From: Tagaea sp.
GTDB lineage: Bacteria > Pseudomonadota > Alphaproteobacteria > CACIAM-22H2
NCBI GenBank assembly: GCA_965279525.1
Contig: CBDIIB010000004.1
Coordinates: forward strand, 1,024,001 to 1,088,000
Reading direction: 5' to 3'
DNA: 64,000 nucleotides
In this document: positions 33,478 through 41,965 of the stretch, piece by piece
Layout of the letters: each line of letters begins with the position of its first letter
Position numbering within the stretch: position 1 is the stretch's first letter
Notes under the pieces: model-generated
The model's database searches: none
Told to the model about the DNA's origin: nothing
Seen by the model: only the letters and a program-made list of their open reading frames with translations
Program-made: the position numbers and the translations under genes

Positions 33478-35169
33478 ATGGAATTCAAAGATTTGGGCCT
33501 GTCGGAGCCGGTGCTCCAGGCCATCGCGGACGCGGGCTATACGACCCCCACGCCGATCCAGGAAAAAGCAATTCCCTACGTTCAGATGGGCCGCGACGTT
33601 CTCGGCTGCGCCCAGACCGGAACCGGCAAGACCGCCGGCTTCACGCTGCCGATGATCGACGCGCTCAGCCAGGGCCGCGCCAAGGCGCGCATGCCGCGCT
33701 CGCTGATCCTCGAGCCGACGCGCGAACTCGCCGCACAGGTCGCCGAGAACTTCGACAAGTACGGCAAGTACCTCAAGCTCACCAAGGCGCTGCTGATCGG
33801 CGGCGTGTCGATGGACGAGCAGGAGAAGGCGCTCGACCGCGGCGTGGACGTGCTGATCGCCACCCCCGGCCGCCTGATGGACCTGTTCGACCGCGGCCGC
33901 ATCCTGCTGCACGACGTCAAGATCCTCGTCATCGACGAAGCCGACCGCATGCTCGACATGGGCTTCATCCCCGACGTCGAACGCATCGTGGGCCTGCTGC
34001 CGCCGCTGCGCCAGACGCTGTTCTTCTCGGCCACGATGGCGCCGGAAATCCGCAAGCTCGCCGACCGGTTCCTCACCAACCCCAAGGAAGTCGCGGTCTC
34101 GGCCCCCGCCGCCACCGCCGACACCGTGCTGCAGGGCTTCGTCATGGTGCCCGAGCGCGAGAAGCGCGAAGCGCTGCGCCGGCTCATCCAGGCCGAGCAG
34201 ATCAAGAACGCGCTCGTGTTCTGCAACCGCAAGCGCGACGTCGACATCCTGTGGAAGTCGCTCAAGCGCCACGGCTTCTCGGTCGGCGCGCTGCATGGCG
34301 ACATGGACCAGGGCACGCGCACCGAGACGCTCGAAGGCTTCAAGAAGGGCGACGTGCAGATCCTCGTGTGCTCCGACGTCGCCGCGCGCGGCCTCGACAT
34401 CGGCGGCCTGTCGCACGTCTTCAATTTCGACGTGCCGATCAACGCCGAGGATTACGTCCACCGCATCGGCCGCACGGGCCGTGCCGGGCGCTCGGGCGTG
34501 GCCTACACGCTCGCCAGCCCCGACGATTTCAAGTTCATGTCGGCGATCGAACGCCTGATCGGCAAGAAGATCCCGCCGCTGGCGGTCGAGGGCTTCATCG
34601 CCCCCGTCGGCGACGGCAGCCCCGAACCCGCGCGCGAAGAGCGCGGCGGTCGCGGTGGCCGTGGCGGACGCGGCGGCTCGGGCGGCGGTCGCGATCGTGG
34701 CGGTCGCAGCGGTGGGGGCGAACGCGGCCCCCGGCGCTCGCACCACGCCGATCACGCCAACGACAGCGCCCCGATGCCGGCGAATTCCGGCTGGGGCCCC
34801 TCGACTGAAGCGCGGGCGACTGAAGCGCGGGCGACGGACGCACCGGCATCGGCAACGCCGGTCGCGGCGGACGCCGCAGCACCGGCACCGATCGAATTCG
34901 CCGCGGCCCCGGTCGAAGCCTTCGTGCCGGTCGTGGTCACGCCGGCCGTGTCCACCCCCGTCGAGCCCACCCCCATCGCGAACCGCGAGCGCGCACCCCG
35001 CCGCGAGCGGGAACGCAAGCCCCAGCGCGAACGCGAGCCGCACCAGGACCGCGAACCGCGTCACGAACGCGAACCGCAGCAGGCGGGTGCCGGTGCCCCC
35101 GGCGGCCGCGGCTTCGACGACGACGGCGTGCCCGCCTTCCTGTTGCGCGGCAAGCGCGCGGCTGGCTAA
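33478..35169 (+). CDS. DEAD-box RNA helicase with long disordered C-terminus
   Basis: Q motif, AQTGTGKT, PTRELA, DEAD, SAT, ARGLD, HRIGRTGRAG; RGG-rich and RE-rich tail. Confidence 0.95.
   Translation: MEFKDLGLSEPVLQAIADAGYTTPTPIQEKAIPYVQMGRDVLGCAQTGTGKTAGFTLPMIDALSQGRAKARMPRSLILEPTRELAAQVAENFDKYGKYLKLTKALLIGGVSMDEQEKALDRGVDVLIATPGRLMDLFDRGRILLHDVKILVIDEADRMLDMGFIPDVERIVGLLPPLRQTLFFSATMAPEIRKLADRFLTNPKEVAVSAPAATADTVLQGFVMVPEREKREALRRLIQAEQIKNALVFCNRKRDVDILWKSLKRHGFSVGALHGDMDQGTRTETLEGFKKGDVQILVCSDVAARGLDIGGLSHVFNFDVPINAEDYVHRIGRTGRAGRSGVAYTLASPDDFKFMSAIERLIGKKIPPLAVEGFIAPVGDGSPEPAREERGGRGGRGGRGGSGGGRDRGGRSGGGERGPRRSHHADHANDSAPMPANSGWGPSTEARATEARATDAPASATPVAADAAAPAPIEFAAAPVEAFVPVVVTPAVSTPVEPTPIANRERAPRRERERKPQREREPHQDREPRHEREPQQAGAGAPGGRGFDDDGVPAFLLRGKRAAG
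34802..34835 (+). repeat. Perfect 15-bp in-frame tandem duplication in the helicase tail
   Basis: CGACTGAAGCGCGGG x2 (TEARA-TEARA). Confidence 0.8.
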
Positions 35170-35205
35170 CCTTCGCTGACGTTAAGCTTCGGGGAGACCG
35201 CCGCC

Positions 35206-35442
35206 ATGCAGACGATCTTCATCATGGTCAAATGCGAACTCGGCCGCGCCTACGACGTGGCCGAGGCGGCGATGGAGACTGAGCAGGTCTCCGAAGTCTT
35301 CTCGATCTCCGGCCAGTACGACCTGCACTTCAAGTGCTACCTGCCCGACGATGCCGACGTCGGCCATTTCGTGATGGGCATCCAGAAGATCGCCGGCGTG
35401 AAGGACACCTTCACGCTGATCACGTTCAAGGCGTTCGGGTAG
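35206..35442 (+). CDS. Stand-alone Lrp/AsnC ligand-binding domain protein
   Basis: 78 aa; EVFSISGQYDL, GVKDTFTLI. Confidence 0.85.
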   Translation: MQTIFIMVKCELGRAYDVAEAAMETEQVSEVFSISGQYDLHFKCYLPDDADVGHFVMGIQKIAGVKDTFTLITFKAFG

Positions 35443-35495
35443 CGCTCCCCTCACCGCAGCAATGCATCCGGCGCCTGCGCGAACGACGTCGGATT

Positions 35496-35777
35496 TCAGC
35501 CGAGCCCCAATTTGCTTCGGAGCGATGCGTCGTCGTGGCCATTGCGTACGGCCGCCCGGAAAGCTTCGATGGCGCCAGGCAGATCGCCGGTATGCACTAA
35601 CGCCACCGCAAGAAGATGATGTGCGCCGCCGTCAGAAGGCGCGCCGCACAAGTGCGCCTTGATCTCCTCGCGGGCTCCCTGAAAGTCACCGGCCAGCGCC
35701 CGACCGAAGGCGCGCTCTCGCGCTGACAGGACGCGCTGGAATCCCGGATCGACGTTGCGCTCGCTCGAATCGTACAT
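35496..35777 (-). CDS. Small TPR-containing hypothetical protein (possibly truncated)
   Basis: AHHLLAVALVHTGDLPGAIEAFRAAV TPR-like unit; TATAAT upstream on the minus strand near 35836. Confidence 0.45.
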   Translation of the reverse strand: MYDSSERNVDPGFQRVLSARERAFGRALAGDFQGAREEIKAHLCGAPSDGGAHHLLAVALVHTGDLPGAIEAFRAAVRNGHDDASLRSKLGLG

Positions 35778-35964
35778 CCTGAAGCCCCAAACCTGCCGAC
35801 AAAGGCCATTCTAAGAAATTTGCCGCGATCATTATACGTCCTATGATAGTATTTCATTTCGACCTGGTAACGGCCATGTCGACAACCGCTCGCGTTCAAG
35901 ACGATTTGTAGTTCCCCGCCCTGCCGGGACTCCTCGTAAACCCCGTCGCGTGCTTCGCTGCCGG

Positions 35965-36970
35965 CTAGTCGACCGGCGCCAGCGGCCCGGCCGTCAACCG
36001 GTCGACTTCGTACCAGGACTTCATCCGCATCCAGTCCCACGGCACGTCTGCGGGATCGAGGACGAGCGCGCATCCGCGACAGTCGATCAGGTACGCCACT
36101 TCATTCCCCCGGATCGCGGGCGCGATGTTCGATTTCGGCAGGGCGTCCGCCGAAACCGTTTCCGTGAGCGTGAATGTCAGGCGCATGGGTGCGTCGACCC
36201 GATAGATCTTGCGCCATTGCCGGCTGTATCTGGCACCGAGGAAATGCTGGTACGACGACAGCCCGAGCTCCAAGCCGCCGGCTTCGACATCCCCGGCCTG
36301 TCCGTCGATCCGGCCGATTTCCACGACGGCCGGCAGCACGATCGCGATGTCGAGCGGCGCACCGGCCCTCGCATGCAGCAGGGTCGCAAGCTGGTCGTAG
36401 AAGCCGAATGCCGGCTTCTCCTTCAGTGCCACCCGCTCGACCGGTGCGCCGGCGCGCGTTCGTTCCTGCGCCTCCTCGAAGGACAGCAGGCGTCCGCCGT
36501 GCCCGGAAGGCCACGCCGAAAAACGGATCGAGGAATATCCCGCGCGGGCCGATGGCGACGGCCAGCGCGCTATGCCCGCCGTTTGAAAGGCCGACAAGAT
36601 CGAACTGCCGGCTCGCGAGGTTCTCGGAGCGCAACAGGAAGGCCAGCATGGCGGCCGCGGCGTCGCACTCCCCCTTGCGCAGGAAAAGCTCGATCGCCCC
36701 GCGCGGCACCCGCATGAATTCCGGCAGGTGACGGTGCGACAGAAACGGCGTGATGCGCCGGATCCACGGATCTTCGCCGGCCGTCCATTGACCGGCGGAC
36801 CAGCGCGCAAGTGCAAACGCCTTCTCTTCGTCGTCCAGGCCGGCCGCACCCGCCTGCACCACCACATCGCGCGCGGCCCGGCCGGCGACGATTTCCACGA
36901 CAAGGCGCGGCAGGGCGGCCAGAAGCGCCAGACCTGCAAACAGCGCGACCGCTCGCGTGACGTTCTTCAC
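35965..36970 (-). CDS. Membrane-anchored transglutaminase-like protein (1-nt insertion near 36503)
   Basis: GTG start after GGGGAG; N-terminal TM; GECDAAA..GGHSALAV..FLDP Cys-His-Asp pattern; removing one G joins ORFs 36101..37120 and 35965..36939 as FRHGGRLLSFEE. Confidence 0.6.
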
Positions 36971-37169
36971 TTCCGACTCCCCATCCCCTTGGCGACATCC
37001 TAGGGAACGCGGTCCGTCCGGAATACGTGCTATGATCGTATTACTTACATATGTATTTATAGTTGTATTTAGTCCTTCACCGGGATATAAGTCCAGCATT
37101 GGCCGAAACCATCCGGCCATGCGCTGTTTGAACCGGTGAATATGGAACGGCAGCCAGCCGCAAGGTTTG

Positions 37170-37404
37170 GTTGACGGCGTGCGATTTCCGTCAACGTCAA
37201 CTGGCTTTCGTGGAAAATCAAGGGCATGGCCTGTTGACGGTCAACGCCCGTCAACTTCCGTCAACGACCCGCGTCAACTTCCGTCAACACGGCCGCAAGA
37301 ATGACGAGACATGCGCATGTGACGTCGCATGTCGCATCGGTTTCGTGGCGGATCAACGGGTTGGACAGGAGACGGTAACATGACGTCTCCTCGTGTCTCG
37401 TCAC
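37170..37404. repeat. Two tandem repeat modules (135-bp offset), each with an IHF-like core
   Basis: Module 1 has 7 GTCAAC and 2 GTTGAC; module 2 has GAGAC/GTCTC/GTCGC at matching offsets; cores at 37205-37229 and 37340-37364 are 18/25 identical. Confidence 0.75.
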
Positions 37405-37506
37405 CCTCACCCCGCAACGTATACGTTGCGCCTCTCCCGCAGGCGGGAGAGGGGACGCACCGGTCGAGTCCCCTCTCCCCTCCGGGGAGAGGGTTAGGGT
37501 GAGGGG
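37404..37506. repeat. REP doublet of the CCCTCACCC..CCTCTCCC-GGGAGAGGG class downstream of PBP1A
   Basis: CCCTCACCC..CCTCTCCCGC-AG-GCGGGAGAGG and an inverted copy CCCTCTCCCC-TCC-GGGGAGAGGGTTAGGGTGAGGGG. Confidence 0.85.
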
Positions 37507-37513
37507 GACGGTC

Positions 37514-39933
37514 CTAATAAATCCCGTCGCTCGTCTCGCCGCCTTGCGTGGAAATTCCCTGCAGCGGCGACGTGAACTGCCCTGCCCCGTCGAGCACCTG
37601 CTGGTCGGCGCGCACTTCGGTGCCGGGCTTGAAGGCTTCCCAGATCGCGTCGCGTTCGCCGGGGCGTGCGGGGGCCCCGCTCTGCGGGTTGACGCGCACG
37701 AGCCGGATGCCCGGCGGCGTGCGGAACGGCACCACCGGCGTGCCCTGCAGCACTTCGGCCATCACGTCGCGGAAGATGGGCACCGCGACCGAAGAGCCGG
37801 TCTCGTTGGGCCCCAGCGTGCGCGGCGCGTCGAACCCGACCCACACGCCGACCGCAAGGTCGGGCGAGAAGCCCAGGAACCACGCATCGAACGAATCGTT
37901 CGTGGTCCCCGTCTTGCCGCCGAGCGGACGGTTGAGGTCGCGCAGGCGGCGCGCGGTGCCGCGTTCGACCACGCCCTGCAGCATCGACACCATCTGGAAG
38001 GCGCTGAGCGGATCGACCGCCTGCGCGCGCATGTCGGGCAGTTCGGGCGGTGCCGAGTCCGGCAGCCACACGTCGATGCGGCAGGCCTCGCAGGCGCGCG
38101 TGTCGTGGCGGAACACGGTGCGGCCCTCGCGGTCCTGCACGCGGTCGATCAGCGTGGGTTCGATGCGCTTGCCGCCATTGACGAACATCGCGTAGGCCGT
38201 GGTCATGCGCATCAACGTCGTCTCGCCCGCGCCCAGCGCCATCGCAAGGCTGGGTGCCAGCTTGTCGACCACGCCGAGCCGCTCGGCGCTCTCCGCGACC
38301 TTGTCCATGCCGACGGCCTGCGCCAGCCGGATCGTCATCAGGTTGCGCGACTGTTCGATGCCCACGCGCATCGGCGACGGCCCGTAGAAATTCCGCGAAT
38401 AGTTGGCCGGACGCCACGGCGGCAGGCCCGGCCCCTGGTCGACGACGATGGGCGCGTCGAGGATCAGGCTCGCCGGCGAGAAGTTGCTGTCGAGTGCGGG
38501 CAGATAGACGAACGGCTTGAACGACGAGCCGGGCTGGCGCTGGGCCTGCGTGGCGCGGTTGAACTGGGAAAGCTCGTAGCTCCACCCGCCGACGAGGGCG
38601 CGCACGCGCCCGGTGTGCGGGTCCATCGCGACCACGCCGCCGCCCACGTTGGGGATCTGGCGCAGGGCGAAGCGCTTCGCCGCCGCAAGCGGTTCGACCA
38701 GCACGATGTCGCCCACCGCCACGACGTCGGCGGGCACGCGCACGGCGGGGCCCACGCGCTGTTCCTTCTCGGTGCGCCGCGCCCAGCGCATCTCCTCGAC
38801 CGGCAACGCGCCCGTCGTGCCGTCGGCGAACGCGATCTCGGCGGCGTCGTTGGCAAGGGCTCGCACCAGCGCCAATTGCCATTCGGCGGCCGCACCGCCG
38901 GGCCGCGGATATGCCGCAAGCTGGCGGCGCCAGTCGGTAACACTGGCATCGATCCTTGCCGACCGGCCCGCGCCAGCCGTGGCGCCGGTCGTAGGCGAGC
39001 AGGCCCCGGCGCAGGGCCGCCTCGGCGGCCGCCTGGGTCTTGGGGTCCATCGTCGTACGCACGTTGAGCCCGCCGCGGAACAGGTCGCGCTCGCCGAAGC
39101 GCGCCAGCAGTTCGCGGCGCACCTCCTCGGCGAAATAGTCGGCGCGCACGGTGTCTTCGGGGCCGCGCTGGCGCGTGATGATCGGCGTCTGCGCGCGCGT
39201 TCTCGTAGTCGCCCGGCGTGATGTGGCCGTCTTCCAGCATGCGGCCCAGCACCCAGTCGCGCCGCTCGCGCGCGCGCTCCATGTAGCGGCGCGGGTCGTA
39301 GTTGTTGGGCGCTTTGGGGAGCACGGCGAGGAACGCGGCTTCGGCCAGCGACAGCTCGTCGAGCGAACGGTCGAAATAGTTGGTCGCGGCCGAAGCAACG
39401 CCATAGGCGCCGAAGCCCAGATAGATCTCGTTGAGATAGAGCTCGAGGATGCGCCGCTTGGAAAGCGACTCCTCGATGCGCAGCGCGAGGATCGCTTCCT
39501 TGGCCTTGCGCTCGAGCGACACCTCGTTGGTCAGCAGCATGTTCTTGGCGACCTGCTGCGTGATCGTCGATGCGCCCACCGGCCGGCGGGCGCCCAGGTT
39601 CGTGATGTTCTGGAAGGCCGCGCGCGCGATGTCGGGCAGGCTCACGCCGGGATGCGTGAAGAACGTCTTGTCTTCGGCCGCGAGGAACGCGTTGACCACA
39701 CGCCGCGGGATCGCGTCGAACGGCACGAAGGTGCGCCGCTCGATGGCGAACTCGGCAAGGATGCGCCCGTCGGCCGCGTGCACGCGCGTGGTGACCGATG
39801 TCTGGTAGGCGGCAAGCGTCTTGTGGTCGGGCAGGCCGCGGCCGAAATACCAGAAGCCGCCAAGCGTCGCCGCCGTCCCGCCGACGAGGCCGAGAAAAAT
39901 CAGAACGACAAGGGCGATGATCCCACGACGCAT
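37514..39933 (-). CDS. mrcA: Penicillin-binding protein 1A (two indels near 39195 and 38954, probably assembly errors)
   Basis: Transglycosylase AAEDKTFFTHPG, GASTITQQVAKN, YLNEIYLG; transpeptidase RQPGSSFKP, SRN, GKTGT; spread over three frames. Confidence 0.9.
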
Positions 39934-40006
39934 GGTGCGGTCCGTCCGGCTTCAGTGCGGGGCAGACTATACGCCAGTGCCGTTGGCCTGTCGCGGCCCC
40001 GGATGA

Positions 40007-41386
40007 TCAGGGCCGGCGGACGGGGTTCGCCGCGAAATAGCCGTCGATCGCGCGCACGATGCCGCCCGCCACCTTCGTGCGGTGGACCGGGCGGTTCAGC
40101 AGCTGCTCGTCGTCGCGGTTGGAAAGATAGCCAAGCTCGATCAGCACCGAGGGCACGTCGGGTGCCCGCAGCACCGCGAAGCCTGCGAACCGGTGCGGGT
40201 TCTGCGGCAGGAGCTGCACCTCGCGCCCCATTTCGGAGACGAGCTGGCGGGCGAAGACGATTGAATGGTTCATCGTCTCGCGTTGCGCGAGGTCGATCAG
40301 GATCGAGGTCACGTCGCGGTTCTCGCGCGTCAGGTCCACGCCCGCGATGATGTCCGCCCGGTTCTCGCGCGCGGCCAGGCCCGCGGCTTCGGAGTCCGAC
40401 GCGTTTTCCGACAGCGTGTAGATCGACGCCCCGCGCGTGGCGGAGTTGCCGTTGCCCATCGAGTCCGCGTGGATCGAGATGAACAGGTCGGCCGATTGCT
40501 GGCGCGCGATGGCGATGCGGTCGCGCAGGCGGATGAACACGTCCTCGTCGCGCGTCAGGTTGACGCGATAGCGGCCCGACTGCTCGAGCTGGCGGCGCAC
40601 CTCGCGCGCCATGGCGAGCGTGATGTCCTTCTCGTGCGTGCCGCCGGTGCCGATGGCGCCGGGATCCACGCCGCCATGGCCCGGATCGATCACGATCGTC
40701 GGGCGATGGGCCTGCGGGCGCGACGGCGGTGCGCGCGGCGGCGCGACCGCGGCCGGCGGCGTGACCGACTGCACGCTCGGCGGGACCGGGCGCGGTGCGG
40801 CAGCGAAGGCCTGCTGGGTCGGTGCTGCGTTCGTCACCGGGCGTGCGGCCGGTGCCGCTTCGGCGGGCGCACTCGCCTGCAGGGCGCGCAGCACGCCCGA
40901 CACCGACCAGGGCTGGACGCCCTTGGCGAAGGACTCGTCGGTCGAGCGTTCGAAATCGAGGATCAGGCGCTGGCCCGGGCGCGCGCCGGTCGGCAGCTCG
41001 TACCGTGCCTCGCGCAGCTTGGCCGGCTGGGCAAGGTCAAGGACGAGCCGGCCGGTCTGCGCGTCGAACGCGCCATAACGCATGCCGGCGACCAGCCCGC
41101 TCGGCGCCACCTCGCCGCCGGCGATCTTCCATTGCACCGCCGGCAGGTCGACGACTGCGCGCATCGGCTCGGCGAGGAAAAAGACCCGGTGCTCGAGCCG
41201 GCGGGAAATCTGGAGGATGAGCCGGGTCGCCCCCGGGGCTTCGGTCAGCCAGACCCCGGTGACGACGGCCTCGGGCCCTGCCGCCGGCCGGGCGGGGGTC
41301 TGGGCGGCCAGCGGGCCGGCCGCAAGCAGCCCCAGCGCCCACAGGCACCTGAAAGACCACAACATATTGCGTGAGAACGACGCCAT
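40007..41386 (-). CDS. amiC: N-acetylmuramoyl-L-alanine amidase (AMIN + Amidase_3)
   Basis: IVIDPGHGGVDPGA, EKDITL, FISIHADS, PSVLIELGYLSN; start could be 41365. Confidence 0.92.
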   Translation of the reverse strand: MASFSRNMLWSFRCLWALGLLAAGPLAAQTPARPAAGPEAVVTGVWLTEAPGATRLILQISRRLEHRVFFLAEPMRAVVDLPAVQWKIAGGEVAPSGLVAGMRYGAFDAQTGRLVLDLAQPAKLREARYELPTGARPGQRLILDFERSTDESFAKGVQPWSVSGVLRALQASAPAEAAPAARPVTNAAPTQQAFAAAPRPVPPSVQSVTPPAAVAPPRAPPSRPQAHRPTIVIDPGHGGVDPGAIGTGGTHEKDITLAMAREVRRQLEQSGRYRVNLTRDEDVFIRLRDRIAIARQQSADLFISIHADSMGNGNSATRGASIYTLSENASDSEAAGLAARENRADIIAGVDLTRENRDVTSILIDLAQRETMNHSIVFARQLVSEMGREVQLLPQNPHRFAGFAVLRAPDVPSVLIELGYLSNRDDEQLLNRPVHRTKVAGGIVRAIDGYFAANPVRRP

Positions 41387-41965
41387 CGACTCGACATATA
41401 TCCCGCGACACGAATCCCCGGCAAGGCCGGCGAGCGGGACCCTTGAAACTAAACGCCGATAACGACGGTGGAAATTACCGATTGTGACCCGGGGAGTCGG
41501 CCTGTATTCTCCCCTCCGTTCGCTGGATGTCGACGCGCCCAAGACCGGAGCGCCGCGTCCGTGCGGGTCACCCATCGCGTGCCGCAACCGCTCCGGACCT
41601 CGGTCCGTGCGGCGGCAAGGCCCGGGGTGAGGCTCGCGGCGAACGCGCCAGGGGCGGCCGATCGACGGCGCACGCCCAAGAATTGGACCCCGCGGAAGGG
41701 GCCGTCTCCCCGCTCCCCTTTTTCAGGGTCGGAGCGATGTCAGGGACGGAAAACTCCGCGACGGTCAAGACCGCGGCGCGGGCCCAAGGAACCCGCGCGC
41801 GACCGCGACGCCAGACGGTTAACCCCCGACGGCACCGTGCGCCCAAGCGATCCGGTCAAGATTTTCATGGCGCCGCGCTCATGCGCGCGAACGACGCCGG
41901 CATTCCGCCGCTCGTCGCGACGCGCATCCGGGCGAACGGCGCCGCATTCGGAGAAGTGTATCGCG

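Noticed and set aside
35597-36073. 158-aa ORF spanning the AT-rich patch of the islet
   Set aside because: Overlaps both neighbours in other frames, has no motif, and the patch contains a TATAAT that fits a promoter
37170-37290. Possible CRISPR array
   Set aside because: Repeats are 6-17 bp in both orientations with no unique 30-40 bp spacers, and no cas genes are present
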